A stretch of 64,000 bases of DNA from Tubulanus polymorphus. Its lineage: Eukaryota; Animalia; Nemertea. The stretch spans positions 11,801,947 to 11,865,946 of the forward strand of contig NC_134030.1 in assembly GCF_964204645.1 (NCBI RefSeq), written 5' to 3'. Below are positions 36,006-48,500 of the stretch, one piece after another; the stretch's first letter is position 1, and each line of letters begins with the position of its first letter. The notes beneath the pieces are model-generated. The model was not told where the DNA came from. It did no database searches and saw only the letters and a program-made list of their open reading frames with translations. Made by a program: the position numbers and the translations under genes.

Positions 36006-38544
36006 ACGATACCGTACCAATAATCATTTTTATCGATTGAGAAGGATACGAATAAGAAAGAAGAAAGGCTATGTACAATATGTAAACGGTAATTTTGGTG
36101 AATTAGGTCATTATATAACGATCTGTCATTCTCACACCTAGCTGAGAAGAAGCCTAACTTATTTGCGAAAATTCAACACCGAGTTATCGGGTTATTGAAT
36201 ACGAAGGACCCGAAATTATTAATGAATATTAAAGATAGGCGTTGGCCTATGTTCTGTAGGCCTAAATACTTCGTTTTTTACATTAAGCGCATTAATGCAT
36301 GTTTTTCACGACATTGTCAGGATGAATAAAGTTATCTTATCTTATCTTATCTTATTATATGAACCGGCACTTCCACAAAGCGCATTCGAGTAGTCGTGGA
36401 TTTTTGCTGTACTTGGTAGTTTGGTTGCAGGGACACGGAGACGCCTGCCTCTGGGGTTTCGGCCCTGCCTCTCTCATCGAAGAAAATTTTCAGCTTAGTG
36501 AAAATAATGTATGATGCTACCTCCGCTATTTTACAGCTTTCTCATCAAACGTGAATATTTGCCACAATCTGGAGACATGTAGATGAAGAATGCTCTCAAA
36601 ACGAGTCTCACGCAAATCTTAGGACGCTTTGTCAGTAGGCAAGCTGCCCCTCCTCCCCGGCAAAGCGCACCGTTAGGCTATACACTAGTCAATAATCCGA
36701 ATATTGCAGGCCCATACTGGTACACCTTGATAAACCGTACTGCACTCCCGGGACTGCACTGGGGCTCAATTAGTTTTACTGAAATGTTTCTCGTGAACTG
36801 AGGCGAAGCCGAGGCCCCGGCCCATCGAATGGGCATATTTTCTACGGTCTTGGATTCAGGATTTCATATAAACCATAATTGCTGCAGAACTCAGTAAGGA
36901 AAAATCGTTCAAATGGGTTCGCTGATAAAAGAAACTATAGGCTTTATGCCTAGGCTTTAAATGTGAATCCGTCGTCTGAAATTCCGCCAAAAACTGCAAG
37001 CCCCTATGAAAAAAATAATTCGTGCGGATATGGTGTCTTTTAATCTACGTATTTGATGTCATCTGATTTTCGATCTATTACAAAAGTTGTTCCTTCTTTT
37101 AATGTCATTTGGTTTCGATTAAATACAATTGATTCCTTTTATTTTTCTAAAATCGTTCTAAGATTTCAAGTGGAAACTTAAATGGAACAAGAGGGGTCCT
37201 ATTTAGTATTTCTACCCTGTTCCCTCCATGGGATATCAAAATATGTGTAGCATGTAGCAAAGGTGTATTATAACTTATTAATACTCATATTAATCATATC
37301 AATATATCATGATTATAATACATAAGCATAACTCATCGACTACAATTTTCATTACCAATTTCGGGTCGGATCGTGCGCGCGCATTGTCGCCTATTATTGG
37401 ATAGTAACGACTGTGGTATTTCCGATTGGAGTGGGACTGGCAGGCTATTTCAGTATACATGTCGTGTTATTTGTGATAAAAAGGACATAATTTTAAGCTG
37501 AACAAGTTTTGCGCTTCATTGGGAGACTTCATAGATCACCTTCTATTATCATTCTTCTTCAAAACAAGCCAAAATATGGCTTTATTGCGTACCGTGATAG
37601 CAGAAAATGTTGATTAGACGGCAAGCAAGGCTAACATGGGGATGTGCGTGGATGAATGTTATCAATTGAGGAATTATTTTATCACGTAAATTCAAGCGCT
37701 TATCAAAGGGAAATGAATATATAAAGAAATATACAAATCTTTTAAAGTTTTTACTATTTTCTTGAATCATTTTATGATTATGATAGACAGCCTCAGGTGC
37801 AACTCTCCACGAAAAAAGATGCAGAAAATGAAATTCTGTGAGATACAGAACACATGAGATATCGTAATTCACCACTCATCGTAGCTTCTAATAGAATTCA
37901 CGCTCTAAGCCTTTATTTTCTTAGTGTTCTTCCAAAAATATACTAAGGGGATAGCTGCCACGATGAATATACTTTAAAATAATAACTTTTTTTATTTCAA
38001 TTGATACCGACGCTTCGATCCGCCTTTCACAAAGGATGATGATGGTCACACAAGAATTAGGAATTGTGTCTACACAGGGTGGCTGGTCTGGGAATCTGAG
38101 ATGATTCATATAACGCACACGCGCATGCAGTGGAATTATCCAGTTGTGCATTCGTTCGTTTTCCATTATGAGCTATAAACAGCTTTAGATCTTTTATTTG
38201 AAATGTATCAACAGATGATGTTGTATAATTGCACAACTGTAATAAATACCTGAGCTACTACAGACAGCCGTCAAAAAATGTTCTACCGACATCCTCTCTG
38301 TTTTAGACGCACGTATATCGACTTTATATACAAGAAGTGTGTTGGCTAAATGTAAAAATTGTTCAGCTTCATTAGTATGATATTATCTAGTATAATTAAG
38401 GGAAAGTAAATTTTTATCATGGCGATTAGAAATCGACTGATTTGAGAGATATTAAGCGGATTAGGAGGAACACTGGGGTAGCCTGTAGAGAATCCCACAT
38501 CAATAACGAAGAAATTTATATAGTCCTTGACTAGAAGTATAGTT

Positions 38545-38588
38545 TATTCGACGTTTCGACTTCATCCCAATAGTCATCTTCAGGATTA
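38545..38588 (-). ncRNA. Minimal Penelope-type hammerhead ribozyme motif
   Basis: TAATC-CTGAAGA-TGACT..AGTC-GAAA-CGTC-GAATA on the minus strand; inside a ~100-bp insert flanked by a GTAGAGAATCCCACA duplication. Confidence 0.55.
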
Positions 38589-41500
38589 CATATTTTTCCG
38601 TAGAGAATCCCACAATCTACAGATCCCTACAGCTTATTGTGGGATCTATCCTATTTTTCCTGCTTGCGTGAATATTTCGTCTTTATTGTGAGTTTCTCTA
38701 CAGATTATCCCCATAAACACGGTGTTTATCAATGGTTATCCATCTAGCCTGCTGAATCATACAGGTTAATTGTCTTTCTTGTTTTCCAGGTACTGAGAAA
38801 ATTATTAATTCCTTTCGATCAGCGTTTCGTATATGATAAAAGATCCCAAGGAAGAATTGTTTTGAAATGGCCCAACGCCAAATTCACTGAGGTTTTTCCA
38901 AGAAATGTCAACGTTGAATCAAACAAATATATGAAATTGATTGACATAAAAATGAAATCAAATATATCAACAGCAACTTCAATTATTCATATAATGCCCT
39001 ATCATTAACAAAAAATTGGATTCCGTGTCACTTAAAAAGAACCAACCCGATTTAACGCATTCCCGGGAACGCATTCTTAAGAAACAAATATATATCGGGC
39101 CATAATATATATTCCACAAAAAGAGAGAATCAGGATTCAAAGACAGGAACAAGAATGAACATTGAACATTGAAAAGTAAACGAAACATCGAATCATTAGT
39201 TTGAGCATTTTGTAATACATTAGACGGCCTTTTATTTGGAACATAGTGAAAAAGGTCAGAGTTCTACTATACGTAAGCTATGAGCAACAAATATTCATTG
39301 CATCACGAAAAGGAGCCCGAATTCCAATTTTCAAATGGAGGGTTGCACAAGGAAGGCCCGAAAACCGCCGTCGGGTCAGATCGTATACCATTTGCAACGA
39401 GTCCGCCGCCAGCCCTATATGACTGAATGAACACGATCTTTTGTTTGAATGCGAATAGTCACGAAAATTATACTCGGTCGATATAGACCTTTGAACACGG
39501 TAATCATTTATTTCAGGTAGTAGGCCTTCTCTGTTTTGTGTTATGACCTTTCTCTTTAGAGAACCTGTCTTATAAGCTCTCATGTGTACGCTTTACTGAC
39601 AACACGTAACGATTCAACGCAGTACTGTGTTAGGATCGGAAAAGCTAGGACATCGTAAACATAATTGTAAGTAATCGTATTCATATTTTCAATCGAATAA
39701 CAAAATCAATAGCAGAACGATCGGGATGGTGTCAGCTTCTAATTCTTCAAAAAGTAAACCGTTCTGTATTCTTTCGTAAAGTGAATCCTATAATGCTCTG
39801 CTATATATCTTTTTGAGAAAACGGAATTTAAGAATTCCAGCGGTAATCTTGTTATCAATTTCATGAATAAAGTTTTTCGCTAATCGAAGAACGTATGCCG
39901 CAGAAAGCTGAATTATATAGAGAAAGAATTGTTTCTTAATCTTAAGACAACCCGTATTCTAGGCCCTATGCGTGTTGTTAATGAGTTAAGTTGATTCTGC
40001 CGGATGCTACATAAGACATGAATTCCGGCTGCATATTAAGTAGTTTGATGGAATAGAACTCCGCTTGAGGTCAACATTATGTAGGATTTAATACGTAGCC
40101 TTATCGGTGCTTCTTTAAAATGGCTCAAAACCATTATAGTAAAACCGCACGTTAGTCGGATCGGCGAAAGTCGGATAATGGTTTATTTCGGATGAATGGT
40201 CCGACCTCTGTCCTTGGCTTGAATCGACGATACATGTGAACAGTCGTTATTCTAGTGATGTGGTTATTGTATTAGAATAGAAAGATAAACCGAAACCCGA
40301 AAATGTAGTTTTTTCAAATCATTTCTTGTTGAATTAATTTTTCCGTTTACAGAAACTAATTCTCAAGTCGTAGTTTTCTGAAATCCGAATTATTCTAACT
40401 CCAGCCTTTTTTCAAGTCGGTGAATTGTACTTGATCCCAAAAGAACGCAAGGTTTACCGTAACAGTATGCTAACTATATAATAAATCAAATTGCAACGTC
40501 CGATTTTATGCGACTGAAATACATGATATACCGGCGTACTATAATCAGCGTTATATTCAAACAATATATTTGACAATAGTAGGGTGTCTATTTGTCCACT
40601 TTGGTCATCATTTATTCATGTTTACTATGACAACAACTAATGCTAAGTTTAATACGTAGTTTTTACCAGGATCAGCAAAAATCCATGAAGGCTATAGTCA
40701 GCGATGCAGGCAGTCCGCTATAGAAACACCCGTTAATCATCTTAAAGTGTGATTATCTGCTTCTACTTATTATTATCACGATATATTTTATTGTATCCTA
40801 ATGATCCTTTTGTTTATATATGTCATGTAAAGCGCCGTGATTAACTACAATTAGTACGGCGCTCTGTAAGTAAATAAATAATGATAGTAAATGATAATAA
40901 TAAAAGTATTTATAAATAAGCCTTATCGAGGTTCAACGACAATCTATGGTCCCTATGTTTGGAGACAGAACCCGACAATATATACGTTATTTTCTTTTAC
41001 ATGAAGGTAATCGTTAAGGAAAAACGACAACACATTTTCAAGTGTATTTAGTTGACGTAGTGTGTCTCAGTTCTTAAAGATATTTGCTGATTTTGGAGGC
41101 ATCATCTTGTGGGTTGTGCAAACCTATCAGTCAGTCGTAAAGCCGTACACAAATTACTCGCATGTTGTCGGACCATTTATAGATTGGAGTCGGTATCCCC
41201 GCCATCAAGTTGTTGAAACATCACAGATGAGAGGATGATTGGATTTTGATCTGCAAACAATCATTCCGTTGAGAGCCCCATGACAAAATCGATAGAACCG
41301 AAAAAAAATCGAAATGACTGGGGGAGAGATTACACGCATGTAGGATTTTGATGTCATAATCTCAATTTAATGGATTACATACCAATTAATGATCAATCAT
41401 GAGTGATTAAGAGTCAGTAAATTAATAAGCAGTCGAATTGCCGCCAATCACACAGAAGTGTATTTCGAAACACTGCAACCATTTCCCAGCGAAAAGTACA

Positions 41501-42520
41501 GCTTGGTAACAAAAACATGAGCAATCACAAGAATGGATTCTGATTTTTAAGACAGGGCAAGATTTATATTAGCTCAATACAAACAAATTCGATTCAATTT
41601 GAATTTTTTTTTCAAAATTTTGTCATCATCACCGAGGTAAGCTAACAGAGCATAAAATGGTCCAGAGCTTAATAAGGTCAAAAGAACCCTATCTGGGCGT
41701 GTAGATGGTGTGATATTACTAGGGTCTAACATTACGGTTTTCTTCAAGTTGTCATCCTACTGTTACAAATAGTAATATACTTAGGAATCTTGTATACCTT
41801 TTCAATTCAGGGGTATTTCGCAAAGTTCATATTTGCAAAATCATGCAACAACATCCATCTCGAACGTTTTCAATAGTTGTCCTCGTAAAACAAGTCAAGG
41901 CTACGTTGCATAAGTACCGTTTAGGAGAACGATAACAATCTTATTTTCTAATCTTCCTGGCAGTATTCCAGGGTAAAAACAGGATACCGTATTACAAATG
42001 TAGTATACGTAATACGATGGCTGGTGTACGTATACTATACACAACATTTAGATGACCAGTAGTCTTATATAGATGTGCTGCAATTGCTACTTGAAATTAT
42101 CGTTAGATGATACAGGTACTTACAGATCTCAGGTTAAGGTCGCTTAGGGTCACTATGATTGGTCATCATGCATAGATGTAAATCTTATTGTGTAGATATA
42201 ATATCCACTTATCTAACATTGACCTTGAGGTCTGCTAAACGCAAGTTGCTTTGTTGCGTTTGATTTTTTTTTCAAAACGATGGGCGTTATATAACAAGAT
42301 TATGTGATTATCTTACGTATCACAATTACCATCTATAAAAATGATTTGAATGCAGAAATTGTTGAAATTCATTGAGTTTTATTGACAAGCGATAGTTTTG
42401 AATATCGGCTAACAATGCGCACGAGCTCGCCTCCACACACTACTGTAACTTCGAAACGTATTTTCATTATCATTTCAGTAGAACTACGAAGATGCAGCCA
42501 GAACGGGATCACTGGAAATC

Positions 42521-45500
42521 ATGATCCGGCATTATTATATTCGTATCATTTTCACTCTCCTCATCATATGCACGATAAGCACGGCTCACGATGCCAATGA
42601 TTTTAGGATAGTAGAATTTGATGGTAAGTAGTCATGGTGGTTATCTATTTCAGTATTACCAATCATTGTGATCGAACTTACTCTTAAACTTGCACGGCAT
42701 TTGTGATACGAATATGTGTTCAAGTATATTGAAGTGAATAGGTAAACTTTATCTCAATTGGTCAGATTCGGATAAGACGATATTTATATATGTATACGTT
42801 AATACCTCTGAGAAAATGATTACGACTTCTAAAGATAGATGCATTCGCTGAAAAATGAGGCGGGCTGTAATATGGTTGATGAATGCGTCCCATGTCTGAC
42901 ATTACAATTACCAGGCATAAATAAAAGTCCTTTGAACTGCTCTCAGTTTGATACCGAGTGAACGCAGAAGCAGGAGGTCTGAACTCCTGTAATAATCAGG
43001 AATGTTATCAATTATATTGGAAACACGTATTTTTTTCAATAATGACAAACCACGCAAGGGATTCTGCTCAGAGTTTCCGTTAAAACCAAATTTTCTTCAT
43101 GAACGCACCGGTCGACACAAATTGTTTCTACTCCATTGACAATATACCGGTAGTCTTTCGATTATCTCTAGAAATCTTTTTCGCTGGCCACACTTCAGAT
43201 CGTGTCGAGGGTTCAGTGCCCATTTTATTATTCTCTGAGCGAAAAATATCCGTGCGTCGTGTAAAGTTTAGTTTCCTTCTATAGGTCTATCAGTAGACCT
43301 ATTATCAGACTTTTATCTATATGTACGGACATTTCGTTTAGGTATTGACAATATTGGCATATATAATGCATATGCATATTATTAAAGGTCCGTACACGAG
43401 ACACATAGGGCTAACTATAGTGCAATGGCTATATGATCTAATCATACTATTGTTTTGTTGTTTCGTACCAATAATTACGGTAGCTAATTTGTTATTACTC
43501 GCGCTTCTCTATGGCCTATATCATAATTCATTATCACTTTCAATCGAAATACGCGTGGCCACGTCTTACTGCATGATAATGAAGCGCCAAGCTCGACGAA
43601 GAATCGTATTTTCAGCGAACTTTCAAATGTGCTACTAGGCCTACAGGTAAACTGTCATTTCGTCTTTGCAAGGCTGGAATGATTAATTCTCAGTAATGAT
43701 TAGGGTACTTTTGTCATACGTTAGCCACGGTGTAAATAGACCAACACAGATTGTTCATGGAAATAGGCCTATATATACACACACGTACGCACACTGTACA
43801 ACTCCAAAAATCAAGTGTCAACCGAAACACTTAACCAACTCTGATGTCATTATAAAAATTGTAATTTCTAATGGTAGTGCTATACTTACATACACATTAC
43901 ATAATGATACTGATATACACAATATCTATTGAATTACAGTTCGATGTTTATCGCTTTCTCTGTATTCACCATTCAACATGATCCGATGAAGATATTCTAG
44001 ATATTCCAGTTTTTTATTTCACTTAATTATCAATCGTGGGATTTTCGCTTTTAATTTCTTCTTATACATAACTCACTAACTTATTGATCTATCATCACGT
44101 TGTCACGTTTTTACTATAAATTCGACATTGGTCATCGTTTAATGGTTCTTCGTGGAATGGTTCGCCCGAACCATCCATAATCCGGAAAAGGTCCACCTTT
44201 TTACTGTAAAATGGTTTTAGAGCAGTATATACGTATTTTTAACGCTTTTCTACCATGTGCTAGTATATAGTTGTTTGAATGATTGAAAGATTTGGTTTTA
44301 GTTTGTAAAATTCCATATTTACATGTGTCAAAACTATATAGCCGTAGAAGGTCCATTTTGGTTAAACAAATCACCAAATGATTTTGACCGGGGATGCCTG
44401 TTGTTCAATATTAGATTCAACAAACGTAAGTCATCATGCAGTCGAGCTATCACATTTTCGTAAACATTACGAAAATAAGTGAATATTTTCTTATAACCAG
44501 CCTTGCAAGTTGTGCGTTATAGCATAATCATGGGGTTTCTTTATTTGTGTTTACTATAATAACGAATGCTACGTTAAGAACAACGTTACGAAGTTTTTAT
44601 CAGGATAAGTCATAGCCTGGCCAGCTTGTTACGTGTTACGTAGCTCGCTGTGGAAATACCAGTTGTTATCTTTTGCTATTTTTGGTATACGTATATGTAC
44701 GTATAGTTTTGTTCTCTTCGATCGAAAAGTTCGTTTTTAGAATAGAAAACCTTTGCATTCAAGGTTTTCATATATATCGTATCTGGTGCATGCTTAACAA
44801 AAAGAAAACTATATTTAAGTTCCTTCATGAAATCATAACCAATCCCAAATTCTATGAGATATCATAGAGGGAAATATCCGTAAAGTTGGTTTGGCCTTCG
44901 AGCAACGTGAACATGTCCAATATGGAGCAATTATATTAGTCTGAGAGAGAACTGCATTGAAGAGTTAGGTAATTATCCTGGGAAACGAACAAGTAAGTGT
45001 TGACTGAATGTGTTAAACTACATTTGTCTATAAACTTCACATTTCAAGGATACATCAGAAGTATTTCAAACCTTTTATGAACACGAAAAACTCGTGTTTT
45101 TAACGAGGGATAACATGATATTCGTATTTTTGCAACCTAATATACGTAGTAACATATATACGTACAATAAGTTAAATAAGGTTACGGAAATATGGAAAAC
45201 TGAACCTCAGACACACACATCTAATGCTGACTTGACGAGATTCTTCTGAATCTTACAAGTTATATACAATTTGAAAGAATAGTGATAAACACACTGACAT
45301 GTGTTGGAACGGCAGGCGACAGTTTCCAAATATGCTTAACCGGTCAGTTTTCTATCATATAGTTAGAGGGGATGAATCAATTACTCCCTAAATAAACAAA
45401 ATATCAAATAGTTCTAGTTGGTTAAAGATGCAAGTATATTAAAGCAAAATAGCTTTGCTATAGAATTGACCGGCGATCTGAAATTTGAAAACAATCTTAT

Positions 45501-48500
45501 CAGTTACGTTGTGATTGTCCTCGTGATTTCAGATCGTTTCAATGACGTGACGCGCTTCTCACTTAACCACATTGATGGATACGTTCCACTTTCATTCGAC
45601 ATTCCCGGATCACAGATCATCGTAGGAGCAAGGTACATTAGATATCCGATTTCCCTTCGCATCGTATCTATAACGCATATATAATGATTGCTTACCCGAA
45701 TTTGCTACATTATCTAAGAATGCATTCAAACTGAATTTATGAGACAACTTGAGGAGCCGAGTGATCGTAGCGGTCGATCACAGCTCATGGGTTCTAATCG
45801 TTGAGGCGCCAGAGTTCTACTCTAGCTTCTCTCCTATCAATAAGGGAAACAGCAAATCGTCACGATCAGCGGATTGGATAGAAAAGATAGAATTAACGAA
45901 TGTAAAAGCAGATGCATCCATCATAACCATTGTAATTTAAAGAAAAGTGATTACTGCATCGCAAGATGAGAAATTGCTCGAATGGTTCGTATCCACCAGA
46001 GTTCAATTCATATTTACATATTTCAGAAATTATATAGTGCGCTTATCAATCGATTCATTGAAACCGCTTCAAGTCACAAACTGGCCGGCAGACGATGGTA
46101 CGATTGAATATTGCATTAACAGAGGTCAAGATAAGGTAATAGAAATTACGTATTACGGCTGGAAGGATTAACGCTCCATCCCCTATCCTAATGTTATGAT
46201 GCCACATGTACGCGCGTAACTGCCTTCACATCTCCAACCTAATCTTTTATTCTAGGATAAATGCCAGAACTATATTCGGACCCTAATAGTTCGAGAAAAT
46301 AGAGTATTTACATGTGGGACTTTTGCATTCTCACCGACGTGCACATGGAGAATGGTACATATAATACATTTTTATTTTTCATCACTGTAATAAAGTTTAT
46401 CAAATAAATTGGGAATTCAAAATGTTATGAAGACCGTCAACCGGGAAAATTTAACTTGTATTAAATCATCCATGTGTTTAATAGGCCTATTGATATTACG
46501 AATATTGGCTTTTTTCACCGACGAGAGCTTCCTTACCTTCAAATTTTTGACAAATATATAATTTATGGTTATACATTATTCAGATTTCAGATTTAGGAAC
46601 AGTTCTGGAGGAAACTAAAGGTCAAGGAAAGTGCCCTCTAAACCCTTCGCATAACATAACTGTACTGATGACCGACGAGGGAAACCTTTACAGTGCAACC
46701 TACACAGATTTTACTGCCCGGGATCCCGCGATATATAGAACCATGGGACCCTCGAAACCACTACGAACAATGCAATACAATACGAAATGGCTTAATGGTG
46801 AGAATTATGTAGGTCTTATACCTACTTATTCCTTGATATAACTTACTCATGAGACTACGTGTACATATATCCAACTTTGAGAAAAAGAAAAGAAAAACCA
46901 GAAGAAGATGATTTTTTCATCTCTATTATTGCGAAATGTTCTTAATGCTTCAGAGCGAGTGTAGGTAAAAATCCCCATGGTAAAAATCCCATTTGATTTA
47001 TCTAACATTTTTAATAAACACAATTTCTTATGTTTAAAAAAACTTACATAGATAGATTCAAAATTTCTTTACACTACTTCATTAACTTCAGATGACAGAA
47101 ATTATGCCCATTACATGTACAATACGAACACCGAAGTTCAATTTCAGTATATTGTTCAGGCACAATTCCTATTCTAGGGGCACGATTGATCGGTTGATTG
47201 AATTCGGTAATTTAAATCATTACAAAATTTCATATTATGACATTATTCTGTGACTTTTAGCAAGCAATATGCAGTGCAAGCTACATTCGCTAGGATTTTT
47301 TCTACCGGGAGGATAATTACGGTACCTGTTAGCATATACACATGCACTTCAAAACTTTTTTTCATAAACCATTCATTGATATTTTCTAGAACCAAATTTT
47401 GTATCGGCTCATGAAATCGGTGATTATATCTATATATTCTTCCAAGAGGTAGCCCTTGAACAAACGTGCGAAAAGGTTAGTATCATATGGTGCTCCACAT
47501 TTCGCATTGTGTATCGTGTTGCACTTATAATTTCAAAAGCTTAATCTCTTCTTGTTGTAGAAAGTGTATTCTCGAGTAGCAAGAGTTTGTAAGGTAGGTA
47601 TACCGTCGTGGTTAAGTATATGTTCGTCACGCGAAGGGCCTCAAATTTGCTTTGCTGGAATTAAGAAAAAACTTTTAATCCCCTAAAGATGCATTTGGTT
47701 TGCACTTATAAGCTGCGATCGCCCAAGAACTTTTGAGCTATGCCCAGTTAAGGCCCTGAACATGTATATCCAATGGGAACGTGGATGTTTGGCCCGGGAC
47801 AATTTGGCATCAAAACATTGGACCAGACCCAAGCCAAATTTTCATGGGTCAAATCATTGCGCTTGAATTGCACTGGTTCCGTAAGTGACTCACTTCACTT
47901 TTGTAAGCATTATTTGTATCGCGTGGTTTGCGTGTGGACGAGTTCAATTCACTCATCTTCACCCGTCAAGGGATTCGAACCCACTACGCTAAAGCTGTTC
48001 CCCGAACCCCTTGACCTCACGAGTCGTTGGAGTCGTTACTAGCCGACCACAATCCAGTCGTACCAATCACAGCGCTTGTAACAAACGACGTTGGGCTTCT
48101 GTTGGCTTTCCTGTTAAATGGACCAATCAGCGAACGTTTTACCGCACAAGGAAGTATTTCGCAAATCGATGTATGACGTCATGCGCAACAGCGCCAGTAA
48201 TAAAATCACGCTTCGTGAGGCCAGGGGGCTGGTGGAAGCGAGTTCGAGTTCTGGCAAGCGAGGATGAATTCTCTTGACTCGGCCCTGATCCGTGCCAATT
48301 TCCTTGGCCTGGGCCAAATCGTCTCTGTGTGATCGCGGCTATAGTGTCACGATCTCTTTCATATTGACGTTGTTAAATGATTTGATGTTATACTTCGACA
48401 TTTTGACGTTAAACTTGGAATTATTTTGTAGCATGATCCTGGTGGGAATTTACTTCTCGAAAATAATTGGACGACGTACCGTAAAGGACGACTAAACTGC

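Noticed and set aside
35279-36040. Cluster of overlapping ORFs with RFGAPK repeats
   Set aside because: By-product of palindromic tandem repeats inside a foldback element
46665-46685. CTGATGA...GAAAC hammerhead look-alike
   Set aside because: Lies within a semaphorin coding exon (LMTDEGN) with no convincing stems I and III
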